Assembly (NCBI GenBank): GCA_043738845.1
Contig: JAYUFG010000318.1
Coordinates: forward strand, 1-32,115
DNA from: Planctomycetaceae bacterium
Lineage (GTDB): Bacteria > Planctomycetota > Planctomycetia > Pirellulales > DASRSE01
DNA: 32,115 bases
Direction: 5' to 3'
Shown: one piece after another, positions 8,596 to 17,036 of the stretch
Position numbering within the stretch: position 1 is the stretch's first letter
How the letters are laid out: each line of letters starts with the position of its first letter
Made by a program: the position numbers and the translations under genes
The notes under the pieces: model-generated
Seen by the model: the letters and a program-made list of their open reading frames with translations, nothing else
The model's database searches: none
Told to the model about the DNA's origin: nothing

Positions 8596-10305
8596 CTAAA
8601 ACGACGCGCCGCCCTCTTGAAGTTTCGACGGAACTTGTTCCGGAACGGCGTTCGCTCGTGGTTCCGAGTTGGGCGGAACGCCATTGTGACGCAACGCGGG
8701 GCCAGTAATTGGAATCGACCAGACGCCTAATTCCGTCAGAACGCGACACACTTCGTACAGCACTCTGCGATTGTGTCGCACGGTAAGCGTGTAGGAAGGA
8801 GGCGACTTTGTCGCTGTCGATTCCGTACCGTCGGGCGACTTGGTCACGGTGACAGTCGGAATCGTTTTCGCAGCCCGCATGAAGGCCCCTTCTTCACCCC
8901 ATACTTTCTCACCCAATGTTTCCTTGACGATGTCGGCAACTTGATCGGCGGAAAGGTTTTCCCCACCACTTTCGTTTCGCAGTCGAAAGATTTTCGTGAT
9001 TTTGTCGTTGGGTGCTGGCGTTTGTTCCGGATTGCGGCGCGCATTCTCGGCTTGTTTGGCCCGAAAATCATCGAGAAGGCGCGCGATTTCTTCGTGACCT
9101 TTCCGAGTTTGCCAGACGACGAGAACCTCGGGCTGGCCAAATCCGGTGATCTGTCCATTTCCGCCCAGCGTGTCCCGGGTTGCCTGACGACAGAGGGCAC
9201 GAAGTGTTTCCACGAAGTTGCTCAAGTCACCATCATAATTGTCGGAAAGAGGGTCGATCTTGGGGATCAAATCGGCGCAAGGGTAAACTCGCATTTCACC
9301 GATCTGTTCCGATTTTTGTTGGGTCGTGATGAAAACGACCTCATCGCAAATGACGTAATGCAGCCTATTCTCCCGAAATAATTGGCTCAAAATGGTACGG
9401 GCGAGCGTACGCTCGGATTTGAACGTCACCGGTTGATCGAGTGCGATATTCGCATCCGTCAAGGCATTCTTATCGACAATAAAGTTGATGAACAGTTTCT
9501 CGCGTAGGGCGTCGATAACTTCATCCAAAGGGAGCTTGTTAAAATCGACATCGAGTGCCAAGGCCAAGTGATTCTCAATGCGAGCGTGAGCCGATTTTAC
9601 CGTTGGCGAACAAACGGAAAGAACGGGTGCTGTGCCCGGCGTTTTTAATTGAGCTGCGCGGGTCTCGCGTAGCGCGGCGAACAGATGACCGATCTGCTCG
9701 TGAACTTCTTGCTTCTGAACGATCGCCAACAAATTTGCATGAGATGGAAGGTATTGCGTGCCGTTGTCCCAGGTTGTGGGCTGTACAACATTCAAGAGCA
9801 TCTGTCCGACCGCATCGACATCGTGTGACGTTTCGCCAAATTCACCTTTGGAAGCCGCGAGGTCGCGAATTGCGTAGAGTTTTAAGGGCATCATTCGCAC
9901 ACCGTCATCCGGATCCGTAATCAAGACGCATTCGTCGACGATTATGTAGGTAAGTTTCAACGGCTGCAAGAGCCACTTAAGTCCGCTGTGAAGCGATATG
10001 TCTTTCAAGTGAAGGGTGACGGGCGTCGCAGTATCAATGCCTTTTTCCCTAACGGCCGCCGAGTCGATCTGAATGTTAAGGTCCGACTTTTTAGCAATCG
10101 CTTCGACTATTTCCTTAAGCGGCTTTTTGCTGAAATCGAGCGTCACTGGTTTCATCAACACTTCTCGAATACGGCCCTCCGGCGATTGGGGTCGAGCGAC
10201 AGGAATCGGCGGCTTATCTTCGCCAGGCGAATTGTTTCCGCCGAAGGTCACGAGTAAGATCGCAATCGCACACCAAATTCCCAACATCCGTCCGCGCATG
10301 TTCAT
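8596..10305 (-). CDS. Secreted protein with repeated secretin-N-terminal-like modules; paralog 3
   Basis: MNMRGRMLGIWC start; N-terminus strongly similar to paralog 2; QPTTWDNG and ATRDTLGGNG motif variants; ends GGASF. Confidence 0.7.
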   Translation of the reverse strand: MNMRGRMLGIWCAIAILLVTFGGNNSPGEDKPPIPVARPQSPEGRIREVLMKPVTLDFSKKPLKEIVEAIAKKSDLNIQIDSAAVREKGIDTATPVTLHLKDISLHSGLKWLLQPLKLTYIIVDECVLITDPDDGVRMMPLKLYAIRDLAASKGEFGETSHDVDAVGQMLLNVVQPTTWDNGTQYLPSHANLLAIVQKQEVHEQIGHLFAALRETRAAQLKTPGTAPVLSVCSPTVKSAHARIENHLALALDVDFNKLPLDEVIDALREKLFINFIVDKNALTDANIALDQPVTFKSERTLARTILSQLFRENRLHYVICDEVVFITTQQKSEQIGEMRVYPCADLIPKIDPLSDNYDGDLSNFVETLRALCRQATRDTLGGNGQITGFGQPEVLVVWQTRKGHEEIARLLDDFRAKQAENARRNPEQTPAPNDKITKIFRLRNESGGENLSADQVADIVKETLGEKVWGEEGAFMRAAKTIPTVTVTKSPDGTESTATKSPPSYTLTVRHNRRVLYEVCRVLTELGVWSIPITGPALRHNGVPPNSEPRANAVPEQVPSKLQEGGASF

Positions 10306-10592
10306 AGACCACCTGTTCCGATTGATGTTCCTGTTCCCGATTGAGAAGCCGAGAGAAAAGTTTTGCCCGCGAGTCGGCAACCCGCTCGATCCGCCCTCAG
10401 TCTAAACGGGCGGCAGCAGAAATACAAGAAAATCGGCCCTTGTCGCCGAATGGACAGAGTGAGTGGGCAGTTGAACGACTGAGCCGTGCGGTCAGATAAA
10501 TAGCCCGATTAAGAACGGCGGCTGCACCGTTGGCCAATCGCGAAGGGCCTTGTGAGGAGCGGTTTTGCTCTCAATTAGAATGAGAGTGCTCC

Positions 10593-10660
10593 ACTCGTAC
10601 ACGCGGCGTCTCGCCGCGTGCAATACGAGTAGGAAGCGGCGAGACGCCGCTTGTACAAGT
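10593..10660. repeat. REP doublet (GTAC/GTAG type, GCGGCGTCTCGCCGC core)
   Basis: ACTCGTACACGCGGCGTCTCGCCGCGT ... AAGCGGCGAGACGCCGCTTGTACAAGT in inverted orientation; further copies at 20410-20434 and 21914-21970. Confidence 0.85.
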
Positions 10661-10684
10661 TGTGGATTGCGCGACCAACATCTC

Positions 10685-12919
10685 TCACAGCTTGAAATTG
10701 AACGTCTTGCTCAAGTAACGCACGAGTTTCACCCCCAGCGATTGCCAGCCGACTTGAATTTTTGCTTGACCACGTAAGCCGGGACGGAGCAATGCACCTG
10801 GGTCGCTGAGTGGGGCGTTCGCTTGATACGACGTGCTTTCCGGCCGTTCTACGCCGCTCGCGTCGGTCTTCGTGATGAGTTCGCCACCAGCTTTGTGGGA
10901 CAATTGTTTGGGACTGACCTTCAAATCGAGCTTGGCAATTTGTTCGATGCGGCTACTGAACGTCTGCGAAGGAAGTTGTTCGAGTTTCAGATCGACCCCT
11001 TGGCCGACCGTCACAAACTCGACGTCCGATTGATCGACAACAATGTCGGCCTGCATCGCATTCGGGTCGCCGACCTGACAGAACAAGACCCCTTCGGGCA
11101 GCCACGCCCTCAGATTGCGCGGCTCGAGCGGAGTGCCGGACCACGTCGGCAGTTTTTCCTCATGCTCTTTTTGATTCGGCGTCGGGGGCGGGGCGAGAAT
11201 AATCCCGTCCGCCGGCGAAACGAGCGTCAATCGCTCGCGGTCGCGAATTTTTTCCGTCAATTGTTGCTCAATCGCTTTGATCGTCTCTTTGACCGAGGCC
11301 ACATCGTCGCCCGCCTTGGGGTCACGTCCCCGCTGGGCGTTCAGACTCCGCAGCTTGGCTTGATTTTCGTCCCGCTTGCCAGACAGTTCGTTGATCGCCG
11401 ATTCCAGGTCGGGACTGATGAGCCTTGCCAGAACGTGCCCCTTTTCGACATGTTCGCCCGGCTTAACCAGGATTTCTTCAAGCTGTCCTGGCACATCGAC
11501 GTAAACCGGTTCGGCGTCACGAGGTGTGATCTCGAGAGCGCAAAACACGCGATGTGGGAACGGGACGAACGCGAACGCCGCCAACACCACTCCGACGAGA
11601 GCGTAGGTCGAATACAGGTTTTTTTGTTTCACTTTTTCCATCCTTCCCGGAACGACGATTAACTGATAGAGCTTTTGCAGCGGCTGAAATACCAGCCCGA
11701 ACAACGACACCAAAGCAAACATTTGACCAATGATTTTAAGACCATACGGTTCGAATATCTTATTCAAAAACCACAAAATTCCGATCACCACGACCCAACC
11801 ATACACGAACGAAGCGACCGAATAGATCGCGAACAAAATTTGATTTCGTTTGGGGAGGAACGGATCTTCCGCTGGCTCCAAGCCCAAGCACAACTGGCTC
11901 ATTTTGCGCTGCAAGATCGACGTCGATTTTTGTTTGAGATTCGGAATCTCCAGAATGTCAGAGAGAATATAGTATCCGTCGTAGCGCAACAGCGGATTCG
12001 CATTGAACATCAATGTGCTGACGCTACTCACGAACATCACACTCAAACACAACTGATGCAGCAATCCCGGCTCGCTGAACCACCACATAAACGTGGCCAC
12101 ACTCGCGAGACAAAGTTCAATATACATCCCGCCCGCCCCAATCGCCGCCCTGGCCCACTTGCTCGGCAGCAACCACGAATCAGAAACATTGCAATACAGG
12201 CACGGCGTCAAGACGAGCAGCAACACGCCCATCTCGTGACATTCGCCTTTGTTGTGTTTGCACGTCAGGCCATGACCGAACTCGTGCAGAACTTTCGTAA
12301 AGCCGAGCGCACAACCGAGATAGATCCAATTACTAGCCGCGAAGAAGCTATGAAACGTCGGCAGCTTTGCCCGAAAAGTGTCAAACTGCACGAGCACCAG
12401 CAACAATGCCGAGAGCATGAGCGCGATGCAGCCCGCCACAGCGACCGGCGTAAAGTACCAGCGGACCTTTGGGTACAGCCAATTCAGCAACCGTTCGGGA
12501 TCGAAGCCGCGAAAGCGGATCGACAGCACATTCGACAGAGTGGACCAAATTTTCTGCCGAGTTTTTTTGGCCGCTCGTTCTTGCAGTCGGTGGCCTTGTT
12601 CAGAAGTCGAGGCGATCAGCAATCCCCGGTCGTGAAACGTCCCGACGAGGTGTTGCAATTCATCCAGGGCGATTTTCTTCGGCGGAAAGGCCACCTCAAA
12701 GTTCCGCTTGAGATCGTCGAGGCTCGACTTGCCGTCGAGATTTTTCAGCAGGGCAAACTCCTCTTCCTCCAGCCGAAAGTAATTCAGGGCAAACGGCTCT
12801 TTGATAATCCAGTAAACTCGCCCCTGATAAATGTGCCGCTCGGTCTGCAAGTCGGGCCGCATCCGCAGCAACAGCTTGCGAGCGGAGGACGAGACCAGGC
12901 TTTCGGTCAGGGTAGGCAT
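10685..12919 (-). CDS. M50 (site-2 protease-like) membrane zinc metallopeptidase fused to a HlyD-type periplasmic adaptor, with N-terminal PqqD/RRE-like domain
   Basis: HEFGH (12272-12286) and NPLLRYDG (11975-11998) in a multi-TM region. C-terminal lipoyl-like VPGQLEEILVKPGEHVEKGHVL, coiled coil and LRPGLRGQAKI. N-terminal YFRL...LDGKSSLDDL...LVGTFHDRGLL resembles the PqqD fold. Start placed at MPTLTES. Confidence 0.85.
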   Translation of the reverse strand: MPTLTESLVSSSARKLLLRMRPDLQTERHIYQGRVYWIIKEPFALNYFRLEEEEFALLKNLDGKSSLDDLKRNFEVAFPPKKIALDELQHLVGTFHDRGLLIASTSEQGHRLQERAAKKTRQKIWSTLSNVLSIRFRGFDPERLLNWLYPKVRWYFTPVAVAGCIALMLSALLLVLVQFDTFRAKLPTFHSFFAASNWIYLGCALGFTKVLHEFGHGLTCKHNKGECHEMGVLLLVLTPCLYCNVSDSWLLPSKWARAAIGAGGMYIELCLASVATFMWWFSEPGLLHQLCLSVMFVSSVSTLMFNANPLLRYDGYYILSDILEIPNLKQKSTSILQRKMSQLCLGLEPAEDPFLPKRNQILFAIYSVASFVYGWVVVIGILWFLNKIFEPYGLKIIGQMFALVSLFGLVFQPLQKLYQLIVVPGRMEKVKQKNLYSTYALVGVVLAAFAFVPFPHRVFCALEITPRDAEPVYVDVPGQLEEILVKPGEHVEKGHVLARLISPDLESAINELSGKRDENQAKLRSLNAQRGRDPKAGDDVASVKETIKAIEQQLTEKIRDRERLTLVSPADGIILAPPPTPNQKEHEEKLPTWSGTPLEPRNLRAWLPEGVLFCQVGDPNAMQADIVVDQSDVEFVTVGQGVDLKLEQLPSQTFSSRIEQIAKLDLKVSPKQLSHKAGGELITKTDASGVERPESTSYQANAPLSDPGALLRPGLRGQAKIQVGWQSLGVKLVRYLSKTFNFKL

Positions 12920-12995
12920 GGGGGAAGGAAATGATGAATTAGGAACGATGAGCGATGAATGAGGAACGCAAAAGTCAAAACGCAAAATGCGCAGG
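12920..12995. repeat. Degenerate heptamer microsatellite tract
   Basis: AATGATG AATTAGG AACGATG AGCGATG AATGAGG AAC, followed by GCAAAAG TCAAAAC GCAAAAT. Confidence 0.6.
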
Positions 12996-13009
12996 GAAAT
13001 AGGTCTCGA

Positions 13010-13918
13010 TTACTTCAACTGGATTTGCATTGTAGCGGTGTGGCCGGGACGCAAGACCCATTCATTGTTCTCGCGGCGGTTTTCGACTTCGGCCTTGATC
13101 CGATATTCGCCACCCGCCTCGACTAAGGGACTTACGAAGACGATCTTGCCAGTGAATCGGGCGTGTTGACCACGGGCAAGTTCCACGTCGATTACGGCCG
13201 ATTGATTCTTGATTTCGTCCGGATTGAACTTGCTCGCGTCGATCCAGCCTTCCACCCACAGGCGGTCCATCCGCACGATCCGCAAGACCGGCTCGCCAAC
13301 TTGCAACCATTCGCCCGCGTGACGGTTGATCGAGACGACGATCCCTTCAATTTGCGATTTGATTTGTCGGCGGTCGATGCTGAGTTGGGCGTTTTCGACC
13401 TCGGCCTCTTTGGTGGCGGACGTATAAACAGCGACCTTTTGATCGACATCGCTCTGTTCGATTTGCAATTTGGCCTTTTCAGCCGCTAGCCTTTTGTTGT
13501 CGAGTTCGACATCCGAAAAGGCGTTGGGCGACCGTCTGTTAGCTTCGAGTGCTTTGCTATACTCGCTCTTGGCGACCTCGTAAGCGGCTTTCGCAAACCG
13601 CACGTTGATGTCGTTGATGGCGTGTTGTCGAGCGGCTTCATACTCGCCGGTCGCCGCTTTCTTGTGTACCTTCGGCTGACTGTCGTCCATTTGGGCCAGC
13701 ATGTCACCAATTTTAATTTGATCCCCTTCGTGGACCGCAACTTTCACGAGTGCGCCCGCCTCTTGCGCCGGAATTTGCACCTCTTCAATCAAGGCGACCG
13801 TGCAGTTTTGCACGATGGGATTTCCACCGTTCGCGGCAACTCCCGATCCCGGTCGGGCGACCGCCGGTTGCCCCCCGAGCGCGAGAGTGACAGTCCAAAT
13901 TGCGATGACGGAATTCAT
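13010..13918 (-). CDS. HlyD/RND-type efflux periplasmic adaptor (membrane fusion protein) with signal peptide
   Basis: GGAGGAG RBS before MNSVIAIW; lipoyl motif IPAQEAGALVKVAVHEGDQIKIGD; helical hairpin; IKSQIEGIV...GEW...GEP; LRPGHTATMQI. Confidence 0.88.
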   Translation of the reverse strand: MNSVIAIWTVTLALGGQPAVARPGSGVAANGGNPIVQNCTVALIEEVQIPAQEAGALVKVAVHEGDQIKIGDMLAQMDDSQPKVHKKAATGEYEAARQHAINDINVRFAKAAYEVAKSEYSKALEANRRSPNAFSDVELDNKRLAAEKAKLQIEQSDVDQKVAVYTSATKEAEVENAQLSIDRRQIKSQIEGIVVSINRHAGEWLQVGEPVLRIVRMDRLWVEGWIDASKFNPDEIKNQSAVIDVELARGQHARFTGKIVFVSPLVEAGGEYRIKAEVENRRENNEWVLRPGHTATMQIQLK

Positions 13919-13954
13919 AACGGACTCCTCCAAGAGACGCGGTCAAAGGGTCGT

Positions 13955-16066
13955 TTACAACTTGAACAACACCTTCGATTGTACAAAATTGACGATGTCA
14001 TGAAACCAAACGTAGCCCAGCGACCGCCGGCCACAGTTGATTTTCGCCGTGACGGACGCCCCCGGCCGCAGTTCCGTCACCGGCAAATCGTCCTTATCGA
14101 TGCTGATTTTAACGAGGACGGTATTTCCCTCTTCACCTCGGACCTCGGCCGTCGTGTGAATCGCTTCCACCGCGCCGGTGTGTTTTTGACCTGGATTCGT
14201 AGCGACGAAGTACGTCACCTTCACCGGGTCCGGCGAATGTTTTGACTCGTGATCCTTCTTGGCTTGAGCAATGTAACCCATCCGCTCCTCGGGCACATGC
14301 AGTTCCAATTGCCAAGGACCGGTCGGGTCGGCGATGGTGAGTAACACTTGTCCCCTTTGAACGGGCCGGTGAATCAAACGATCACGAACTTGCCACGTGA
14401 CGACCTGACCAGCAATCGGACTGACCGCTTGCAGTTGCAAGATTTTTTGCTTGACCAGTTCGGCCTGCTGTTCAAGGCTCTTGCGGGTTGCTTGCAGTTG
14501 GGCCGATTGACCCGCCAGCTTACTCTTTTCTGAATCCGACAGTTTGTAATCCGACCGGGCATTATCGAGAGAGCGAATTTGTTCGCGTGTTGCATCGAGA
14601 CGACCGAGGACGTCGGCCAGATTGACACTTAGGTCGGTGTTTTTGGTCTCGACGAGAACCGTCCCTTCCGCGACCGTCAACCCATGCTCCACAAAGACAT
14701 CATGCACAACACCGTCGAGCGACGCGAACACGTCGCGCCGGATGACCGGTTCTAAGGTACCACGGCTTTCAATCTCTAAGTCGGCCGGAATGAAGCACAA
14801 CGCACACGTCACGGCCGCGACGGTTCCAATGGCCAACAGTGTTTTCGGCAAATGACGAAGTTGCACGATGACCCGCGTTTTGCCCAGCGTTTTCCAGACC
14901 GGCATGAGAAACAGCGAGTGATGTTCAAGGGCATTGGCCAGTGCGGTGCCTGCATGTTCGGCAACGACCTTCGCCCGCTCTTTAAGCTGCTCTTCGTTGC
15001 TGGAATCGGTAATTTGCTCGACTACCAAAGCACCGATCACTTTTCCCGGCGGCGATTTGGCATCAATCCCGGTCGGCTGCCGCAAGGGCAACACGGCGAC
15101 AATTTTCGAGTGAGCAATATCAACGTAATTTTGCACGGCCGATTCGACCTGCGGAGCAAGATCGGTCGTATCGCCGAAGTACCACAGCGGTTCACCAGTT
15201 CTCACGACGGCCGAAGTCAGGTTGTTCAACAGGCGGACCGTATTCGCGCGGCGATCAAATGTATCTTGACCGCTGATTGCTTCGAGCTTGGCCTTGCGAC
15301 CTTTAACAAGCGCAACACTCACCCGGTCGCACTCGATCAAGCGGCGACCTTCATTGGCGACCGTGTAGGAAATTTTGCGAGGATGCAGACCGCGATGAAC
15401 GGACCGCGTAAAATTCTCGAGCTGCGACCAGAGCGTTTGTTTTTGCGAAAATTCCCGCAGGCGATGCGTTTTCAAATAGTTGCCCGCGTGAACCGCCATA
15501 TTGATGACAAAGCGGAGCCAACCCCTTTCAACCGTCGGTCGGGCACCGGCGCGTTGAAAAATCTCAACCACGCCGACGGTCTCTTGATCACTTTTCAGCG
15601 GACAAACCAAGAGTGTGAAGTCACTCGTGTTGAGCGGTTGACCATCTTCCCCTTGTCCCGATTTAGGAGCGACAATATCCGGTCGCCCGCCGAGCAAGAC
15701 GCGCCGCAAAACTTGTGCGTGACGTTGTTGATCGGCATCTGTTTCGGTCAGACCCGTCTCGCTAAGTTTGGTTTGATATTTCAGTTCGATGTTCTGCTCG
15801 GGCGTGACCATCCAAACGGCACCGCCGACCGCGTACAGCGCGGCGATCACCCGATTGAGAAACCCGGCGAAGAATTCGTCAAGCGGAACATCCGATTGGC
15901 ACAGCGACTGAATCTCGCCCATGATCTCGCGGATGTCCATTTGCGACTCGGCGAGGGCTTGACGGTCGAAGTTGACGGGAGTACTCGCGAAGGCTTCTTC
16001 ACTGCCGAAAGGGCCTTCTGGCAGCGGCGTCGAAAATGGTAGTTCGGTACTCACGGGTAGTTCCAC
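13955..16066 (-). CDS. GAF-GAF/HlyD fusion membrane fusion protein
   Basis: Two GAF-like segments (LLVCPLKSDQETVGVVEIF; CDRVSVAL...VAVLPL...VIGALVVE), one TM helix (TLLAIGTVAAVTCALCFIP), lipoyl and coiled-coil regions, LRPGASVTAKINCG. Start uncertain (GTG at 16066 or 16054). Confidence 0.82.
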   Translation of the reverse strand: MELPVSTELPFSTPLPEGPFGSEEAFASTPVNFDRQALAESQMDIREIMGEIQSLCQSDVPLDEFFAGFLNRVIAALYAVGGAVWMVTPEQNIELKYQTKLSETGLTETDADQQRHAQVLRRVLLGGRPDIVAPKSGQGEDGQPLNTSDFTLLVCPLKSDQETVGVVEIFQRAGARPTVERGWLRFVINMAVHAGNYLKTHRLREFSQKQTLWSQLENFTRSVHRGLHPRKISYTVANEGRRLIECDRVSVALVKGRKAKLEAISGQDTFDRRANTVRLLNNLTSAVVRTGEPLWYFGDTTDLAPQVESAVQNYVDIAHSKIVAVLPLRQPTGIDAKSPPGKVIGALVVEQITDSSNEEQLKERAKVVAEHAGTALANALEHHSLFLMPVWKTLGKTRVIVQLRHLPKTLLAIGTVAAVTCALCFIPADLEIESRGTLEPVIRRDVFASLDGVVHDVFVEHGLTVAEGTVLVETKNTDLSVNLADVLGRLDATREQIRSLDNARSDYKLSDSEKSKLAGQSAQLQATRKSLEQQAELVKQKILQLQAVSPIAGQVVTWQVRDRLIHRPVQRGQVLLTIADPTGPWQLELHVPEERMGYIAQAKKDHESKHSPDPVKVTYFVATNPGQKHTGAVEAIHTTAEVRGEEGNTVLVKISIDKDDLPVTELRPGASVTAKINCGRRSLGYVWFHDIVNFVQSKVLFKL

Positions 16067-16281
16067 AACGTATAGGAAGGCGGCTAAAGACTCGGCACGA
16101 ATTAAATTCCAGCATCGGTTAGCAGCGACGCGCAGCGGAGCTATATCGCTACAAATCGGGTTGCTACATTCGTAATAATCGTTACCTTAGGGTGCATCCT
16201 CCGTAGATTTTCGGTCAAAGGGGTAGGCTTTCATCAGGGCGTTACGGCTTTCCTGACAAGAAAATTTTCCGGATTCTATCC

Positions 16282-16914
16282 ATGCCTCGCAGTCTGCCGA
16301 TATTGCTTGCTCGACGACTTCTTCGTCCCTTGCCCGGTCGATCTGCCCGAGCCTATTTTGAACCTGAATTGAGCTATGGTCGCCATTATGACCCGCCGGA
16401 ACCGTCTTTCCGTCCGGCGGCCGTGCTAGCACTGCTCTATCCTGTCGAAGGTCAATGGTTCTTGCCACTCACGCTGCGACCGGTCCACATGTTCGACCAC
16501 GCAGGCCAAGTCAGTTTTCCCGGCGGAATGGTCGAGCGGGGGGAATCGACGGAGGCCGCCGCAGTGCGAGAGTTCGCGGAGGAACTGGGCGTCATGCCGC
16601 CCGACCTGCAAATGCTCGGTTCGCTGTCACCCATCAATCTGTACTCGACCCGGTTTGCGATCACCCCTTGGCTGGCCATTGCTTCAGAACGTCCGACGAT
16701 GATTCCGAATCCCAGCGAAGTCGCCGCCGTTTTGGAAACGCCTCTAGCGGAACTTCTCAATCGGGACAATTACGGTCGGCACATTGTTCAGCGTCGCGGT
16801 CTTCGCTTTTCCGCCCCGCACATTGTCATCCAGGGACACCGCATTTGGGGAGCCACGGCTTTGATCCTGGGCGAACTCATTTCTCTATTCCACGATGCTC
16901 AGTCCGATCTATAA
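16282..16914 (+). CDS. Nudix hydrolase, CoA pyrophosphatase (NudL/Pcd1-like)
   Basis: AAVL...LTLR..HAGQVSFPGG; Nudix box GG....GES.EAAAVREFAEELG; NPSEVA; IWGATA. Confidence 0.92.
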   Translation: MPRSLPILLARRLLRPLPGRSARAYFEPELSYGRHYDPPEPSFRPAAVLALLYPVEGQWFLPLTLRPVHMFDHAGQVSFPGGMVERGESTEAAAVREFAEELGVMPPDLQMLGSLSPINLYSTRFAITPWLAIASERPTMIPNPSEVAAVLETPLAELLNRDNYGRHIVQRRGLRFSAPHIVIQGHRIWGATALILGELISLFHDAQSDL

Positions 16915-17005
16915 CGATTCTACCGATTGTGCGACCAACAGCCCCAGCACGGGGGAGGAATGTGTGACATGTTTGAATTGGTGGCATTGTATTCGCATTG
17001 GCCAT

Positions 17006-17036
17006 CCATTCATCGTACCTCATTCATCATTTCCCC
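17006..17036. repeat. Degenerate heptamer tract directly before the ATG
   Basis: CATTCAT CGTACCT CATTCAT CATTTCCCC-ATG; the same motif is on the minus strand at 12920-12968. Confidence 0.6.

Noticed and set aside
4235-10305. Diversity-generating retroelement or invertase-type variation of the paralogs
   Set aside because: No reverse transcriptase or recombinase nearby; repeat mismatches are not adenine-specific, and the repeats are at 5' ends rather than C-terminal variable regions.
11675-12934. 419-aa plus-strand ORF
   Set aside because: Antisense shadow of the M50-HlyD gene; no recognisable motifs.
14852-16042. 396-aa plus-strand ORF
   Set aside because: Antisense shadow of the GAF-HlyD gene.
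16148-16168. GCTACA direct repeat in the divergent GAF-HlyD/Nudix promoter region
   Set aside because: Only 6 bp x2; expected by chance.
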